Origin: an uncultured Gemmatimonadales bacterium
GTDB taxonomy: Bacteria; Gemmatimonadota; Gemmatimonadetes; Longimicrobiales; RSA9
DNA: 64,000 nucleotides
Direction: 5' to 3'
NCBI GenBank assembly: GCA_963741945.1
Contig: CAVUKA010000001.1
Location: 192,001 to 256,000, forward strand
Shown here in pieces: positions 48,324 through 60,448 of this stretch (positions are counted from its first letter, which is position 1; the number at the start of each line of letters is the position of its first letter). The translations under genes and the position numbers were made by a program. Below the pieces are notes generated by a model. The model was not told the DNA's origin and ran no database searches. It worked only from the letters and a program-made list of their open reading frames with translations.

Positions 48324-49436
48324 TCAGACAGAGCTGACCACGCCCTCGAGAAAAGCCTCCGTCTCGAGAGCTGACCGCTCCCAGGTATGCCGCCGCGCGA
48401 ATGCCAGGGCGTTCTGCCCCAGGCGCTCCCGCAGTGGCGAGTCCTCGACCAGCAGCCGGATTCGATCGGCCAGCACCGCCACATCGCCGTGGGGCACGAG
48501 GAACCCGGTCTCGCCATCGAGTACCGAGTCCCGCAGGCCGGGCGAATCGCTCGCCACGGTCGGGGTCCCGCACGCCGCCGCTTCCAGGTTCGTGATCCCC
48601 CACCCCTCCTTGGGCGAGGTGAGCACGTGCACCCAGGATCGGCGGAACAGCTCCAGCTTCTCCTCCTCTGTGACGAATCCACGGAACTCCACCAGCTCCT
48701 GGAGCTCCAGCTCGATGCAGAGCGCCCGCAGCGCATCCGCGTGATCCCCCGTTCCCGCCACCATCAGGCGAACCCTCACGCCCGCGTCCCGCAGCCGGGC
48801 GATGGCGCGGATCGGCAGGTCCACCCGCTTGTACCGCTTCAACCGTCCGAGATACAGCACGGTGGGCAGATCGAACCGCTCGCCCGTCGGGCTCGGGCCA
48901 TACCGTTCCAGTGCCACCCCGTTCGGGATCACGGCAATGGCCTGGCCACGCAGCCCCCGCTCGCCGAGGTCCTGCGCCGTGCTGCGGGAAACCGCCATGG
49001 TCGGGGTACCGGCGTAGACGCGGCCGAGCGGCTTCTCCAGCAGCCACGTCCCCGTGGCCACCGGGAAGGATGCTTCCTGGAACGCCGTCCGGCCGAAAAG
49101 ATGATGTACCAGAAGCGCGAGCGGGTGCCGCGCCCAGAGCGGCGAGAACAGCGGGACCTTGTTCAGGTCTTCGACCATCGCATCGAATCGCCGGTCGGCC
49201 AGGTGGCGCCGGTAATACACCGGGGCCGCTACCGAGAATGTAAGGCGTCCGCCGGTCCGGTGCACCTCCATCCCGTCCACCTCCGCCCGGGCGGGAGCGC
49301 CCGACCAGCCGGAGACGAGCAGCGTCACCCCGTGCCCGCGCGCCGCCAGACGCCCGTAGATCTCGTGGAGGTGCGTTTCCGCACCGCCCGCCTGGGGGTT
49401 GAGGCGGTCCTGCCAGTTGATCACGAGGAGACGCAT
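48324..49436 (-). CDS. Glycosyltransferase family 4
   Basis: AGGAE, YLGRLKRYK, EGWGITNLEA. Confidence 0.93.
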   Translation of the reverse strand: MRLLVINWQDRLNPQAGGAETHLHEIYGRLAARGHGVTLLVSGWSGAPARAEVDGMEVHRTGGRLTFSVAAPVYYRRHLADRRFDAMVEDLNKVPLFSPLWARHPLALLVHHLFGRTAFQEASFPVATGTWLLEKPLGRVYAGTPTMAVSRSTAQDLGERGLRGQAIAVIPNGVALERYGPSPTGERFDLPTVLYLGRLKRYKRVDLPIRAIARLRDAGVRVRLMVAGTGDHADALRALCIELELQELVEFRGFVTEEEKLELFRRSWVHVLTSPKEGWGITNLEAAACGTPTVASDSPGLRDSVLDGETGFLVPHGDVAVLADRIRLLVEDSPLRERLGQNALAFARRHTWERSALETEAFLEGVVSSV

Positions 49437-49849
49437 CAGCCCCCGAGTCGACGCATCAGGCCATCCAGCACCCCGTTCACGAAGCGCGGGCTCTGCTCCG
49501 TCCCGTACTTCTCCGCCAGCACCAGCGCCTCCTGGATGGACACGCGGGGCGGAATGTCCTCGAAGCGCAGCATCTCCGTGGCGGCAATGCGGAGGATGTT
49601 CCGGTCCACCACCGCGATCCGCTCCAGCCGCCAGTTGGCCACTGAGCGCTGGATCTCGGCATCGACCGCGCCGGGATCCTGCTTCACCGCCTCGATCAGA
49701 CGAGCGAGGTACGGGCGCGGCGCTGTGCCGATCCGCCGTCGCGCGAGGAAGTCGTCCAGGATGGTGTCCAGGTCCGCGTCCGGGCCGCGGCTCTCCCACG
49801 CGTAGAGGACCCGCAGCGCCCATTCCCGGGCCTTACTCCGCTCCCGCAC
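49436..49849 (-). CDS. nusB: Transcription antitermination factor NusB
   Basis: RSKARE, VDRNILR, FVNGVLD. Confidence 0.96.
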   Translation of the reverse strand: MRERSKAREWALRVLYAWESRGPDADLDTILDDFLARRRIGTAPRPYLARLIEAVKQDPGAVDAEIQRSVANWRLERIAVVDRNILRIAATEMLRFEDIPPRVSIQEALVLAEKYGTEQSPRFVNGVLDGLMRRLGG

Positions 49850-50315
49850 CCTGCTCCAGTCGTCGGAAGAGGTCCGCCATCTCCAGCGCCGTGAGCGCCG
49901 CCTCCCACCCCTTGTTCCCCTTCTCGCCGCCCGCTCGCGCCAGCGCCTGGTCCCGCGTGTCCGTGGTCAGAACGCCGAACCCGACCGGGATTTGCTCCCG
50001 CAGCGCCAGCTCCTGGAGCCCGCGCGCCGCTTCCCCGGCCACATAGTCGAAATGCGGTGTCTCGCCCCGGATCACGCACCCGAGGGCGACGACGCCATCG
50101 TACCTCGACGCCCGGACCGCGGCGGCGGCGGCGGCCGGCAGCTCGAACGCGCCCGGCACCCACACGATGTCCAGGCCGGTGTCCTCCACCTCATGCTGGG
50201 CGAAGCAGGATCGCGCCCCTTCGAGCAGCTTTTCCGTGATGAGCTCGTTGAAGCGTGAAACCACGATGACGAACCGCCGACCCCCGCCTTCCGGGGCACC
50301 TTCGAATTGTGCCAT
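49833..50315 (-). CDS. ribH: Lumazine synthase
   Basis: VPGAFELP, IRGETPHFDYV. Confidence 0.97.
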   Translation of the reverse strand: MAQFEGAPEGGGRRFVIVVSRFNELITEKLLEGARSCFAQHEVEDTGLDIVWVPGAFELPAAAAAAVRASRYDGVVALGCVIRGETPHFDYVAGEAARGLQELALREQIPVGFGVLTTDTRDQALARAGGEKGNKGWEAALTALEMADLFRRLEQGAGAE

Positions 50316-50317
50316 GC

Positions 50318-51673
50318 TCACGTCTCGCTTTCCGCCGCGACTTCCCGCGCCGATCCCTTCTCCGCGCGCCGCGCATCCGGGGCGGAGTCTCGGGCGGCGG
50401 CCGGCTCGCGGGCGGCGGGCGGTGAAGCGCCGTCGCCCAGCGCCGGCTCGATCGGCTCCGGCAGGATGTGGCCGAGCTTGCTCCGCTTGGTCTCCAGGTA
50501 CCCGCGGTTGAACGGCGTGGGCTCCATCTGGATCGGCTCCCTGCCCGTGATCCGCAGGCCGTAGCCTTCGAGGCCCACGATCTTGCGCGGGTTGTTCGTC
50601 AGCAGGCGGATCGAGCTCAGGCCGAGGTCCAGGAGGATCTGGGCCCCGATGCCGTAGTCCCGCAGGTCCGGCTTGAAGCCCAGCGACTGGTTCGCTTCCA
50701 CGGTGTCCTGGCCGTTGTCCTGGAGCGCGTACGCCCGGATCTTGTTCGCCAGCCCGATCCCGCGCCCCTCCTGGCGCAGATAGACGATCGCGCCCTTTCC
50801 CTCCTCGGCGATCTGGCGCATGGCCGCGTCCAGCTGCGCCCCGCAATCACAGCGCTCGGAGTGGAAGACGTCGCCCGTGAGGCATTCCGAGTGCATCCGC
50901 ACCAGCACGTCCGACGCCCCCTCGATGTCGCCCCGGACCAGCGCCACGTGCTCCAGGCCGTCCACCTGGTTCTCGAACGCGACGACGCGGAACTCGCCAT
51001 GGCTCGTGGGCAGCGACGCCTGCGCCACCCGCCGCACGAGCCGCTCGTTCGCCAGCCGGTAGGCCACGATCTGCGCCACCGTGATGAACTTCACGTGGTG
51101 CTCCCTGGCGAACGCCTCCAGCTGCGGCCGGCGTGCCATGGTCCCGTCCGCGTTCATGATCTCGCAGATCACGCCGGCGGGCGGCAGTCCTGCCAGGCGG
51201 GCCAGGTCCACCGACGCTTCCGTCTGGCCCACGCGCCGCAGAACGCCTCCCGGAACGGCACGCAGCGGGAACACGTGTCCCGGACGTCGCAGGTCGCCGG
51301 GTCGCGTTTCGGGGTCCACCAGCAGCTCGATGGTCTTCGCCCGATCGTGCGCGCTGATGCCCGTGGTCACGCCGAAGCGCGGGTGTCCATCCACACTCAC
51401 CGTGAACGCGGTGCGGAAGGAGTCCGTGTTCTGCTCCTGCATGAGCGGGAGTCCCAGCTGGTCCGCCCGCGTGGGCGTGACGGCCACGCAGATCAGCCCG
51501 CGGGCGTGCATGGCCATGAAGTTCACGACATTGGGAGTGATCTTGGCTGCCGCGCAGACCAGATCCCCCTCGTTCTCTCTATTCTCATCGTCCGCGACGA
51601 TCACCAGGCGGCCTTCGCGGATGTCGCGAATGGCCTCCTCGACGGTGTCGAACGCCGAGCTCTCTTCTGTCAT
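50318..51673 (-). CDS. ribBA: DHBP synthase / GTP cyclohydrolase II
   Basis: [29 protein letters not shown]. Confidence 0.97.
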   Translation of the reverse strand: MTEESSAFDTVEEAIRDIREGRLVIVADDENRENEGDLVCAAAKITPNVVNFMAMHARGLICVAVTPTRADQLGLPLMQEQNTDSFRTAFTVSVDGHPRFGVTTGISAHDRAKTIELLVDPETRPGDLRRPGHVFPLRAVPGGVLRRVGQTEASVDLARLAGLPPAGVICEIMNADGTMARRPQLEAFAREHHVKFITVAQIVAYRLANERLVRRVAQASLPTSHGEFRVVAFENQVDGLEHVALVRGDIEGASDVLVRMHSECLTGDVFHSERCDCGAQLDAAMRQIAEEGKGAIVYLRQEGRGIGLANKIRAYALQDNGQDTVEANQSLGFKPDLRDYGIGAQILLDLGLSSIRLLTNNPRKIVGLEGYGLRITGREPIQMEPTPFNRGYLETKRSKLGHILPEPIEPALGDGASPPAAREPAAARDSAPDARRAEKGSAREVAAESET

Positions 51674-52278
51674 CCGGCCTCCCCCTGGCCGCGCGCCTTC
51701 AGGTAATCCACCACGAACCGGCCCAGCATGTCCCCCTCGAGGTTAACCCCGTCGCCAGGCTGGAGGTCCGAAAGGGTGGTGTGGTCCCAGGTATACGGGA
51801 TCAGCGCCACCTGCGCCACGTCCGGCGACGGCATCGCGTTCACCGTGAGGCTCACCCCCGCAATGGCGAGGGAGCCGTGCAGCACCGTGACTTCGCCGAC
51901 CTCCCCGGGCATGCGAACGTCAAGCTGGACGTGCTCGCCATCCCGCGTTACGCCCACGACCTCACCGACGCCGTCCACGTGGCCCTGCACCAGGTGTCCG
52001 CCCAGCCGCTCGCCCAGCGCGAGCGCCCGCTCCAGATTCACCCGGGACCCCGCTTCCAGCCGTCCGAGCGTGGTGCGGGACAGTGTGGTGGCGATCGCTT
52101 CCACATGGAAGCCCCCCGGCGAGACGGCGGTGGCCGTCAGGCAGACGCCCTCCACCGCCACCGAGTCTCCCTCCCGCAGCTCGTCCGCGAACGGCGCCTC
52201 GATCCGGAAGCGACGACCGTTCGAAACGTCCTCCACGCCCGCGATCCGACCCACCGCCTCAACGATCCCGCTGAACAT
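51670..52278 (-). CDS. ribE: Riboflavin synthase
   Basis: [22 protein letters not shown]. Confidence 0.96.
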   Translation of the reverse strand: MFSGIVEAVGRIAGVEDVSNGRRFRIEAPFADELREGDSVAVEGVCLTATAVSPGGFHVEAIATTLSRTTLGRLEAGSRVNLERALALGERLGGHLVQGHVDGVGEVVGVTRDGEHVQLDVRMPGEVGEVTVLHGSLAIAGVSLTVNAMPSPDVAQVALIPYTWDHTTLSDLQPGDGVNLEGDMLGRFVVDYLKARGQGEAG

Positions 52279-53390
52279 CAGTCGCTCCCATCTACGGTCA
52301 CCAGGATATCCCCACCCACCGCGCGCGTTTCGATCACGCGCCCGCGAAAACCGGGCGGCCCGCCCGGGAACGCCGCCACCCCTCCATCCCCGAAGATAAT
52401 GGGGGCGTAAAACAGATACAGCCGGTCCACGAAGCCGTCACGGAGCAGCGCCGACCCGAAACGACCGCCACCCTCGCAGAGCACTGTACGGACCTCTTCG
52501 TCGTACAGGCGACGCATCGCCGCGCCGAGGTCGAGGCCGCCGGCTCCTTCCGGGACCCGCAGCACGCGCACGCCGCGCTCCTCGAGCACCCGCACCCGCC
52601 CATCGGGCGCCGCTGCCGTGGCGAGCACCCACACCGGTGGCCCGGCGCCATCGCCCCCGCCGGCACCACCGCCCGCCAGTGCCCCGTCCGGGGGAAGCGT
52701 GGCGAGCGGGTCGGCGACGATGCGGACCGGCGGCCGCCTCGGCTCGGGCGCGGAGCGGACGGTCAGCCGCGGGTCGTCCGTCCTCGCCGTCCCCGCCCCC
52801 ACCAGGATGCCGTCGAACCCTGCCCGGAGCCTGTGCACTTCCGCTTCGGCCGCGCTCCCCGTGATCCGCGTCCGCTCGCCTGCCGCCGCCGCGATGCGCC
52901 CGTCCAGGGTCAAGCCGAACTTCAGGGCGACGAATGGCCGACCCCGCTCGATGGGCACCAGGAACAGGGCGTTCTGGACCCTTGCCCGGCCCTCCTCCAC
53001 CCCACCCGTCACCGCAACGCCCGCGCGCCGGAGCCGCTCCGCCCCACCCCCCGCCTCCGGGTGCGGATCAGCGACGGCGTAGACCACCCGCCCCACGCCC
53101 GCCGCGAGGAGCGCGTCCGTACACGGCGGCGTCTTCCCGTGGTGCGCACACGGCTCCAGCGTGACGTAGACCGTCGCTCCCCGGGCACGCGCCCCCGCCT
53201 CGCGGAGCGCCTGCACCTCCGCGTGCGGACCGCCGAACTCCCGGTGCGCGCCTTCTCCCACCACCTCGCCGTCCCGCACCACCACCGCCCCGACCAGCGG
53301 ATTCGGATGCACGCGCCCCCACCCGGCGGTGGCCAGATCCAGCGCCCGCCGCATGAAGCCGGCATCCATCTCTCGCTCGCTCACGTTCAC
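52278..53390 (-). CDS. ribD: Bifunctional deaminase/reductase RibD
   Basis: PNPLVG, HAE, EPCAHHGKTPPC, EGGG. Confidence 0.96.
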   Translation of the reverse strand: MNVSEREMDAGFMRRALDLATAGWGRVHPNPLVGAVVVRDGEVVGEGAHREFGGPHAEVQALREAGARARGATVYVTLEPCAHHGKTPPCTDALLAAGVGRVVYAVADPHPEAGGGAERLRRAGVAVTGGVEEGRARVQNALFLVPIERGRPFVALKFGLTLDGRIAAAAGERTRITGSAAEAEVHRLRAGFDGILVGAGTARTDDPRLTVRSAPEPRRPPVRIVADPLATLPPDGALAGGGAGGGDGAGPPVWVLATAAAPDGRVRVLEERGVRVLRVPEGAGGLDLGAAMRRLYDEEVRTVLCEGGGRFGSALLRDGFVDRLYLFYAPIIFGDGGVAAFPGGPPGFRGRVIETRAVGGDILVTVDGSD

Positions 53391-53406
53391 GGCTACCTCC
53401 CCCAGC

Positions 53407-54345
53407 TCAGATGACCAGCCGGAACGCGCCCGCCAGCCACCACCCTGAGCCTCCCCACTCGCCTTCGCCGCCCGCGCCCGAGGACGTCTGCTGCCACCCC
53501 GCCTCCAGCGTGAGACGCGTGATCACCCCGGCCCACGCCGCGCTGGCGAAGCCGCTCCAGCGATCATTCCTGGCTTCCGCCGCCGACCGCACCGGCGTCG
53601 ACCACCCGGACAGCCCGTATCCGAACGCGACGTCCCCGCTGTATCGGTGCACGGCGGCGCCCGCCGACAGGTCGAGCCCGGCCACGTGGCGGCTCGCGGC
53701 CAGCGTCGCACCCAGATCCGTGATCGGCACCTCGACGTATCCCGCCGTCGAGCCGGCGTCCGGGTCTCCGAAGACCACGCGCCCCGCATGGCCGAATGTC
53801 CCGGTGAGCGAAACCCCGGGGAGTCTCAGTGATTCACGCAGCACACCGACCCGGGCGCCCACCAGCCACCCGGCCGCGCCGCGATCCCGGAAACCGCGGC
53901 TCTCGGGAAGCCACGCGTACGAGCCACGCAGCAGGAGGTCGAGGGAAAGGACCCCCCCCACGGTCGGGGCGGGGGCGAACCCGGAAAAGACCCCGACGCT
54001 CCCCTGTCCGGAGAGTGCCGGCAGCAGCGCCGTCTCGCGGCCCGACCCGGGGCTCAGCAGCGGTGGGAGCGCCATGGGCAGGAGCGCCAGGCGGGCGGAG
54101 AGACTCACGCGCGGAACGCCCGCCATGCGCAGGCCCACTGTGCTCCCGGTGCCCGGGACCGGGTTGCCGCCGAAGAGCGCCAGCCCGACGCGCGACTGGA
54201 TGCTCCGGGCGGTCTCCACCGCCGTCACGCAGTCGGGGGGGACAGTCCCGCTGCACACCGTCGCCAGCGGATCGTTCTGCGCCCGCAGCGCTCCCGCACC
54301 TCCCAGGAGGAGCCCGACGGCGAGCGCGGCGCTCTGGGGAGACAC
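53407..54345 (-). CDS. Hypothetical exported protein, probable outer-membrane barrel
   Basis: Signal-like N-terminus, amphipathic strands, sits within the operon. Confidence 0.65.
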   Translation of the reverse strand: MSPQSAALAVGLLLGGAGALRAQNDPLATVCSGTVPPDCVTAVETARSIQSRVGLALFGGNPVPGTGSTVGLRMAGVPRVSLSARLALLPMALPPLLSPGSGRETALLPALSGQGSVGVFSGFAPAPTVGGVLSLDLLLRGSYAWLPESRGFRDRGAAGWLVGARVGVLRESLRLPGVSLTGTFGHAGRVVFGDPDAGSTAGYVEVPITDLGATLAASRHVAGLDLSAGAAVHRYSGDVAFGYGLSGWSTPVRSAAEARNDRWSGFASAAWAGVITRLTLEAGWQQTSSGAGGEGEWGGSGWWLAGAFRLVI

Positions 54346-54349
54346 GGTC

Positions 54350-55390
54350 CTACAACAGCGCCACGGCGGCACCACCGTCCGGCCGGGGCTCCACTTCCCC
54401 CACCACCCATGCGTCCTCCCCGGCGCTCCGCAGCGCTTCCACCATGGAGTCGACCCGGTCCGGCGCCACCATGAGGATCATCCCCACGCCCATGTTGAAC
54501 GTGTGGTACATCTCGGGCTCCGGCACACCGCCGCTCCGCATCACGCCTTCGAAGGCGGGAGGGAGGGTCCATGTCGAGCGCTGCACGCGCGCCTGCAGCC
54601 CGTCGGGGATCGACCGCGACAGGTTGCCCGGGATGCCGCCACCCGTGATGTGGGCCAGCGCGTGGAGGCCACCGTCGGACAGGAGCGGCCCCACGGCGGC
54701 GAGATAGCTGCGGTGGACGCGCAGCAGGACGTCGCTGACGTCCGCGTCCGTCCCGGGGAACGGATCGTCCAGGTCCAGCCCGAGCCGCTCGAACAGGAGC
54801 TTTCTCAGCAGCGAGTACCCGTTCGTATGGAAGCCGCTGGACGCCAGCGCCACCAGCGCGTCGCCCGGGCGCACCCGCTCCTTCGACGGCCGCGCCGTCT
54901 CCTCCACCATCCCGACGATGAAGCCGGCCAGGTCGTACTCGCCGGGCGCGTAGAAGTCGGGCATCTCCGCCGTCTCGCCGCCCAGCAGTGCACACCCGTT
55001 CTCGCGGCACCCGTGCGCCAGCCCCTCCACGAGCGCCTCCACGACGCCCTCGTCCAGCGCCCCCATCCCGATGTAGTCCAGGAAGAAGAGCGGACGCGCG
55101 CCCTCCACCAGGATGTCATCCACGCAATGGTTCACCAGGTCGCGGCCCACGGTGTCGTGTCGGCCGGCGCGCATCGCCACTTTCAGCTTCGTTCCCACGC
55201 CATCCGCGCTGGCCACGAGGACGGGGGAGGCAAGGCCCTGGGGTACGCGGAAGAGCCCGCCGAAGGATCCGACCTTGGACAGCACTCCGTCCACTTCCGT
55301 GGACGCCACCAGCCGGGCGATCCGGCCTTTGGCTCGCTCGGCCGTCTCGCGGTCGACGCCCGCGTCGCGGTAGCTGAGGTGCTCAGCCAT
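54350..55390 (-). CDS. purM: AIR synthetase
   Basis: YRDAGVD, DGVGTK, GGETAEMP, HITGGG, TFNMGVG. Confidence 0.97.
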   Translation of the reverse strand: MAEHLSYRDAGVDRETAERAKGRIARLVASTEVDGVLSKVGSFGGLFRVPQGLASPVLVASADGVGTKLKVAMRAGRHDTVGRDLVNHCVDDILVEGARPLFFLDYIGMGALDEGVVEALVEGLAHGCRENGCALLGGETAEMPDFYAPGEYDLAGFIVGMVEETARPSKERVRPGDALVALASSGFHTNGYSLLRKLLFERLGLDLDDPFPGTDADVSDVLLRVHRSYLAAVGPLLSDGGLHALAHITGGGIPGNLSRSIPDGLQARVQRSTWTLPPAFEGVMRSGGVPEPEMYHTFNMGVGMILMVAPDRVDSMVEALRSAGEDAWVVGEVEPRPDGGAAVALL

Positions 55391-56309
55391 GGACGGGTGC
55401 CGCCGGCTGTTCGAACGCGGTGAGGACGCGGAACTCCGCCACCCTCTCGTGGACCTCCTCCAGCGTCGTATCGGCCAGCCGCTGGACCCCCATGCGCTCG
55501 CACACCAGTGACCCCATGACGGAGCCGAAGATCATGGCCCGGCGCAGCTCGTCCGAATCGATGCTCCCGGCGCGGCCCAGCCAGCCCATGAAGCCGCCCG
55601 CGAACGCGTCGCCGGCACCCGTGGGGTCGTACACCTCCTCCAGCGGGTAGCCGGGCGCGAAGAACGTGCAGTCTTCGGCGAACAGGAGCGCACCGTGCTC
55701 CCCCTTCTTCACCACGACCACGGCGGGCCCGCGCTCGCGGATCCAGCGAGCGGCCCGCGCCAGGTTGTGGTCGCCCGAGAGCTGCCGGGCCTCGCTGTCG
55801 TTGATCATCAGGCAGTCCACGCGCTGCAGCAGCTCCATGAGGGCGTCGCGCTTCCCCTCGATCCAGTAGTCCATGGTGTCGCACGCCACGATCCGCGGAG
55901 AATGGACCTGGTCCAGGACTTTCAGCTGGAGCGCTGGGTCGATATTGGCCAGGAAGACGAGCTCCGCGTCGCGGTAGGCGGGCGGCAGCTTGGGGTCGAA
56001 CTCGGCGAACACGCCGAGCCGCGTGTCCAGCGTGTCCCGGGTGTTGAGATCGTAGTGATAGCGTCCGGACCAGAAGAAGCTCTCCCCCGGACAGTGCTCG
56101 AGACCCGCGAAGTCGACGCCGCGCGCCGCCAGAAAATCCAGCTCGGACAGGACGAAGTCATCGCCCACCACGCCCACCAGCTGAACGGGGTGCAGCAGCG
56201 AGGCGGCGGCCGAGAAGTACGTTGCCGCGCCGCCCAGCGTGCGTTCCGCCGTGGCGAACGGGGTCTCGATCCGATCGAACGCGACGCTCCCCACGACGAC
56301 GATGCTCAT
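55383..56309 (-). CDS. PfkB-family carbohydrate/nucleoside kinase
   Basis: LGGAATY, DPTGAGDAFAGG. Confidence 0.93.
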   Translation of the reverse strand: MSIVVVGSVAFDRIETPFATAERTLGGAATYFSAAASLLHPVQLVGVVGDDFVLSELDFLAARGVDFAGLEHCPGESFFWSGRYHYDLNTRDTLDTRLGVFAEFDPKLPPAYRDAELVFLANIDPALQLKVLDQVHSPRIVACDTMDYWIEGKRDALMELLQRVDCLMINDSEARQLSGDHNLARAARWIRERGPAVVVVKKGEHGALLFAEDCTFFAPGYPLEEVYDPTGAGDAFAGGFMGWLGRAGSIDSDELRRAMIFGSVMGSLVCERMGVQRLADTTLEEVHERVAEFRVLTAFEQPAAPVHG

Positions 56310-57988
56310 GCCTGCTCCTCCCGCTCCATCCTCGAGGGCGCGCTCAGCCCCAGCACCTGGAGGCCGTTGCGCAGCACGATCCGGATTCCCCGCGCCAGCG
56401 CCAGCCTGGCCGCGCGGAGCTCCGGATCGTCCACCAGCACGGCCAGCTCGGGATTCCGGCTCGGGTTCCCCGAGTGGTACCACGAGTTGGCCAGTCCGGC
56501 GGTCTCCTCAAGGTAGTCGCACACCAGGTGGGGCGCACGGCCTTCCGCCGCCCGCTGCAGCACTTCCGGAAAACGCGCCAGCTGCTTCACCAGCCCCTGC
56601 TCGTCGCCCGTCTCCAGCCGCTCCAGTGGCGCACCCTCCGCGGGCGGCTCCGGCGGAACACCGGCCTTGCGGAAGATGCTCATCATCCGGGCGTGGGCGT
56701 ACTGCACCTTGTACACCGGGTTCTTCTCCGAGTGGTCGAGCGCCAGGTCGAGGTCGAACACCATCTGCGTGTCCCCGCGACGCATGAGGAAGAAGTAGCG
56801 CGCCACGTCCGGGCCGGTCTCCTCGAACAGCTCCCGCAGCGTCACGAACTCACCCGCCCGCTTGCTCAGCTTCGCTTCCACGCCTCCGCGGAGGATGCGC
56901 ACCATCTGGACGATCTCCACGTCCAGGAACCCAGCCAGCCCCATGGCCGCGAGCGCCGCCTGCATGCGCGGGACGTAGCCGTGGTGATCGGCGCCCCAGA
57001 CGTTGATGGCGTGATCGAACCCCCGCCGCGCCTTCTCCCGGTGGTACGCCATGTCCGGGACGAAGTAGGTGTAGGTGCCATCGCCCTTGATCAGGACCCG
57101 GTCCTTGTCATCCCCGAAGTCGCTCGTGCGGAGCCACGTCGCGCCCTCGTGCTCGTACGTGAGCCCGCGCTCCCGGAGCAGCGCCAGTGTGTCCGCAATG
57201 TGGCCCTCTTCGTACACCCGGCTCTCCGGGTACCATTCGTCGAACACCACACCGAACGCCTCCAGGTCCCGCGCCTGCCCCGCTTGCAGCGCTTCCACGG
57301 CGAAGTCGCGAAGCAGCGGGATCCGCTCCCCGGGCGAAGACGACGCCAGCCGCTCCCCCAGCACCGCGTCCGCCTCCCGCGCCAGCGTCACGAGGTAATC
57401 GCCGTGATAGCCACCTTCCGGGATCTCCGCCGCTTCCCCGTTCAGCTGCCGCCAGCGCGCGTCCAGCGACTCGGCCAGCCGGTCGATCTGCACGCCCGCA
57501 TCATTGATGTAGAACTCGCGCCACGCCTGTTGACCGGTCCATTCCAGGAGCCGCGCGATGGCGTCGCCCAACGCCGCGCCGCGACCATGCGCCACGTGCA
57601 GCGGCCCCGTGGGATTCGCGGACACGAACTCCACCATCACTCGCTGCGGGTCGTCCGCTGGCATCCGGCCGAAAGAGCCGTCTTCCCGCAGCACGCGCTC
57701 CAGCAGCGCCGACAGCTCCGCCCGGCTCAGGCGGAAGTTCAGGAAGCCCGGTCCCGCGACCTCGACGCCCGCCACGCCCGCGCCCTCGAGGTCGAGCGCG
57801 TCCACGATCCGCTGCGCCACCTGCCGCGGCGACTGCTTGAGCCGCCCCGCCAGCGTCATGGCCACGTTGCTGGCCAGGTCGCCGTGGTCCGGGCTGCGCG
57901 GTCGCTCGAGCTGGATTTCGGCGTCCTCCACGCCGAGCTCGGCCACCGCCGCGGTCAGCGCGCCCCGGAGTCGCTCCTCGGCGGTCAT
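56306..57988 (-). CDS. argS: Arginine-tRNA ligase
   Basis: [35 protein letters not shown]. Confidence 0.98.
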   Translation of the reverse strand: MTAEERLRGALTAAVAELGVEDAEIQLERPRSPDHGDLASNVAMTLAGRLKQSPRQVAQRIVDALDLEGAGVAGVEVAGPGFLNFRLSRAELSALLERVLREDGSFGRMPADDPQRVMVEFVSANPTGPLHVAHGRGAALGDAIARLLEWTGQQAWREFYINDAGVQIDRLAESLDARWRQLNGEAAEIPEGGYHGDYLVTLAREADAVLGERLASSSPGERIPLLRDFAVEALQAGQARDLEAFGVVFDEWYPESRVYEEGHIADTLALLRERGLTYEHEGATWLRTSDFGDDKDRVLIKGDGTYTYFVPDMAYHREKARRGFDHAINVWGADHHGYVPRMQAALAAMGLAGFLDVEIVQMVRILRGGVEAKLSKRAGEFVTLRELFEETGPDVARYFFLMRRGDTQMVFDLDLALDHSEKNPVYKVQYAHARMMSIFRKAGVPPEPPAEGAPLERLETGDEQGLVKQLARFPEVLQRAAEGRAPHLVCDYLEETAGLANSWYHSGNPSRNPELAVLVDDPELRAARLALARGIRIVLRNGLQVLGLSAPSRMEREEQA

Positions 57989-58341
57989 TCCTTGCCTTTC
58001 GACGACGCCGGGCCCTTTGATTCCGTGCTCTTCGACCCCGACCCCTTCGACTCCGCGCCTTTCGATCCCGCGTCCGCGCCGGAGCTCGAGTCGGACCCGG
58101 TCTTCGAAGGCTTCGCCTCCCTGGTGTCCCCCTTGTCCTTCGCCGCTTCTTTCTTGTAGCTCTCGCTCCGGTAGTCCGTGATGTAGAAGCCCTCGCCCTT
58201 GAACAGGAAGCCCGCGCCTCCGGACAGCACCCGCTCCGCCGCTTCACCGCATTCCGGACACTCCGTGAGCGGCGGATCGCTCATGCGCTGGAACTTCTCG
58301 AACTCGTGCCCATTCGGGCACCGGTACTCATAGGTCGGCAT
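57985..58341 (-). CDS. FmdB-family zinc ribbon protein
   Basis: [23 protein letters not shown] with a low-complexity tail. Confidence 0.92.
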   Translation of the reverse strand: MPTYEYRCPNGHEFEKFQRMSDPPLTECPECGEAAERVLSGGAGFLFKGEGFYITDYRSESYKKEAAKDKGDTREAKPSKTGSDSSSGADAGSKGAESKGSGSKSTESKGPASSKGKE

Positions 58342-59913
58342 TCACACTCCCCCGTACTCGCCCCATTCGGCGCGCAGCACGTCACTGATCTCTCCCAGCG
58401 ACGCCAGCGCCTTCACGGCTTCCACCATTGGCGGCATCAGGTTGGACTCGCCTCTGGCCGCGTCGCGCACGGCCGCGAGCGCACGAGCCACGGCCCTGTT
58501 GTCGCGCTTCGACCGCACGGCGGCCAGTCGCTCCTTCTGACCGGCTTCCAGCGCGCCGTAGTCCGGCTGCTGGATCCGCATGCCGGCGTCGGGTTCGCGG
58601 TACTCGTTCACCCCGACGATCACGCGCTCGCCGGACTCCACCGCCTGCTGATGCTCGTACGCCGAGCGGTGGATCTCCTCCTGGAAGAAGGGGATGCAGC
58701 GCGCGGCGCCGCCGCGCTCGTCCACTTCCGCGAGGTAATCCCGCGCCCGCGCCTCGAGCCCGTCCGTCAGCGCCTCCACGTAGTAGCTCCCGCCCAGAGG
58801 GTCGACCGTCTGGGCCGTCCCGGACTCGTGCGCCAGGATCTGCTGCGTCCGCAGCGCCAGTTTGGCCGACTCGGCCGTGGGCAGCGCCAGCGCTTCGTCG
58901 AACGCGTTGGTGTGCAGCGACTGCGTACCCCCGAGCACTGCGGCCAGCGCCTGCACCGTGACCCGGACCACGTTGTTCATCGGCTGCTGCGCGGTGAGGG
59001 TAACGCCGCCCGTCTGGGTGTGGAAGCGGAGCCGCGCCGAGGCGTCATCGGCACCGTAGCGCTCACGCATGAGCCGCGCCCACAGCCGCCGCGCGGCCCG
59101 GAACTTCGCCACTTCCTCGAACAGGTCGTTGTGCGCGGCGAAGAAGAAGGAGAGGCGGGGGGCGAAGTCGTTGATGGCGAGCCCGGCGGCGCGGGCACGC
59201 TCCACGTATTCCAGCGCATTGGCGAACGTGAACGCGATCTCCTGAGCCGCCGTGGCCCCCGCTTCCCGGATGTGGTAGCCGCTGATGGAGATCGTGTTCC
59301 AGCGCGGCGTTTCCGCGGCGCAGAACGAGAACGTGTCCGTGATGAGCCGCAGACTCGGCTCGACGGGGTAGATGTACGTGCCCCGGGCAATGTACTCCTT
59401 CAGGATGTCGTTCTGGATGGTGCCGGCCAGGCGGTCGCGGGCGACGCCCCGCTCGTCGCCGAGCGCCACGTAGAGCGCCAGCAGGATGGCGGCTGTCGCA
59501 TTGATCGTCATCGAGACGGACACCCTGTCGAGCGGGATGCCGTCGAACAGGGTGCGCATGTCTTCCAGCGTGTCGATGGCCACACCCACCCGCCCGACTT
59601 CCCCTGCCGCCATTGCCGCATCCGAGTCGTACCCCATCTGCGTGGGGAGATCGAAAGCCACGCTCAGCCCTGTCTGCCCCGCATCGAGCAGGTAGCGGTA
59701 GCGCTCGTTCGTTTCCTGCGCGGTGCCGAACCCCGCGTACTGCCGCATGGTCCACAGTCGCCCGCGGTACATGTTCGGGTAGACGCCACGTGTATACGGA
59801 AACGACCCCGGCTCTCCCAGCGACGACGGCTCCGGCGCGCTTTCCGGGCCATAGCAGGGCTCGACGTCCTGCCCGCTCGTGGTCACGAAGCGGCGCTCCT
59901 CCCGCTCAGTCAT
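58342..59913 (-). CDS. Methylmalonyl-CoA mutase family, large subunit
   Basis: [34 protein letters not shown]; no B12-binding domain. Confidence 0.95.
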   Translation of the reverse strand: MTEREERRFVTTSGQDVEPCYGPESAPEPSSLGEPGSFPYTRGVYPNMYRGRLWTMRQYAGFGTAQETNERYRYLLDAGQTGLSVAFDLPTQMGYDSDAAMAAGEVGRVGVAIDTLEDMRTLFDGIPLDRVSVSMTINATAAILLALYVALGDERGVARDRLAGTIQNDILKEYIARGTYIYPVEPSLRLITDTFSFCAAETPRWNTISISGYHIREAGATAAQEIAFTFANALEYVERARAAGLAINDFAPRLSFFFAAHNDLFEEVAKFRAARRLWARLMRERYGADDASARLRFHTQTGGVTLTAQQPMNNVVRVTVQALAAVLGGTQSLHTNAFDEALALPTAESAKLALRTQQILAHESGTAQTVDPLGGSYYVEALTDGLEARARDYLAEVDERGGAARCIPFFQEEIHRSAYEHQQAVESGERVIVGVNEYREPDAGMRIQQPDYGALEAGQKERLAAVRSKRDNRAVARALAAVRDAARGESNLMPPMVEAVKALASLGEISDVLRAEWGEYGGV

Positions 59914-60448
59914 CCCCGTCCCCTTTCTCCCGCCCCTCGGTTTCCGCTGCCGCCCGGAACTCCACCAGGACCGCCCCCTTCTCCACGGGCGCGCCCTCCT
60001 CCACGGCCACGCGCGCCACGATCCCGGCCGCGGGCGCCTTCAGGTCGTTCTCCATCTTCATGGCTTCGATGATCGCCACGCTCTGCCCGGCCGCCACCGC
60101 CTCGCCCGGCTTCACGAACACTGCCACCACCAGCCCCGGCATGGGAGCGCGCACGGGCTTCGGCCCCTCCGGCCCGGCCGCCCGGCCGGTCATCGCCCGG
60201 ATCGCGCGCGTTCGCTCGTCCAGCACTTCCGCGTGGAACTTCGCGCCGTCCAGGTGGAGATCCCAGCCGTACCGGTCTGTGCGCTGGGCCACGAACGTGT
60301 GCGACCGGCCGTTCGCCAGCAGGTGCCGCGTGGGCGTGCCCGGTACCCGCGCCAGCTCGGCGTCCACCGGGTCGCCATCCACACGCGGGACCTCCCCGGT
60401 GAGGTCCACCTCGAAGGTCCGGTCTCCCAGCGTCACATAGTAGCGCAT
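59906..60448 (-). CDS. Biotin carboxyl carrier protein
   Basis: APMPG, EAMKM. Confidence 0.93.
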   Translation of the reverse strand: MRYYVTLGDRTFEVDLTGEVPRVDGDPVDAELARVPGTPTRHLLANGRSHTFVAQRTDRYGWDLHLDGAKFHAEVLDERTRAIRAMTGRAAGPEGPKPVRAPMPGLVVAVFVKPGEAVAAGQSVAIIEAMKMENDLKAPAAGIVARVAVEEGAPVEKGAVLVEFRAAAETEGREKGDGDD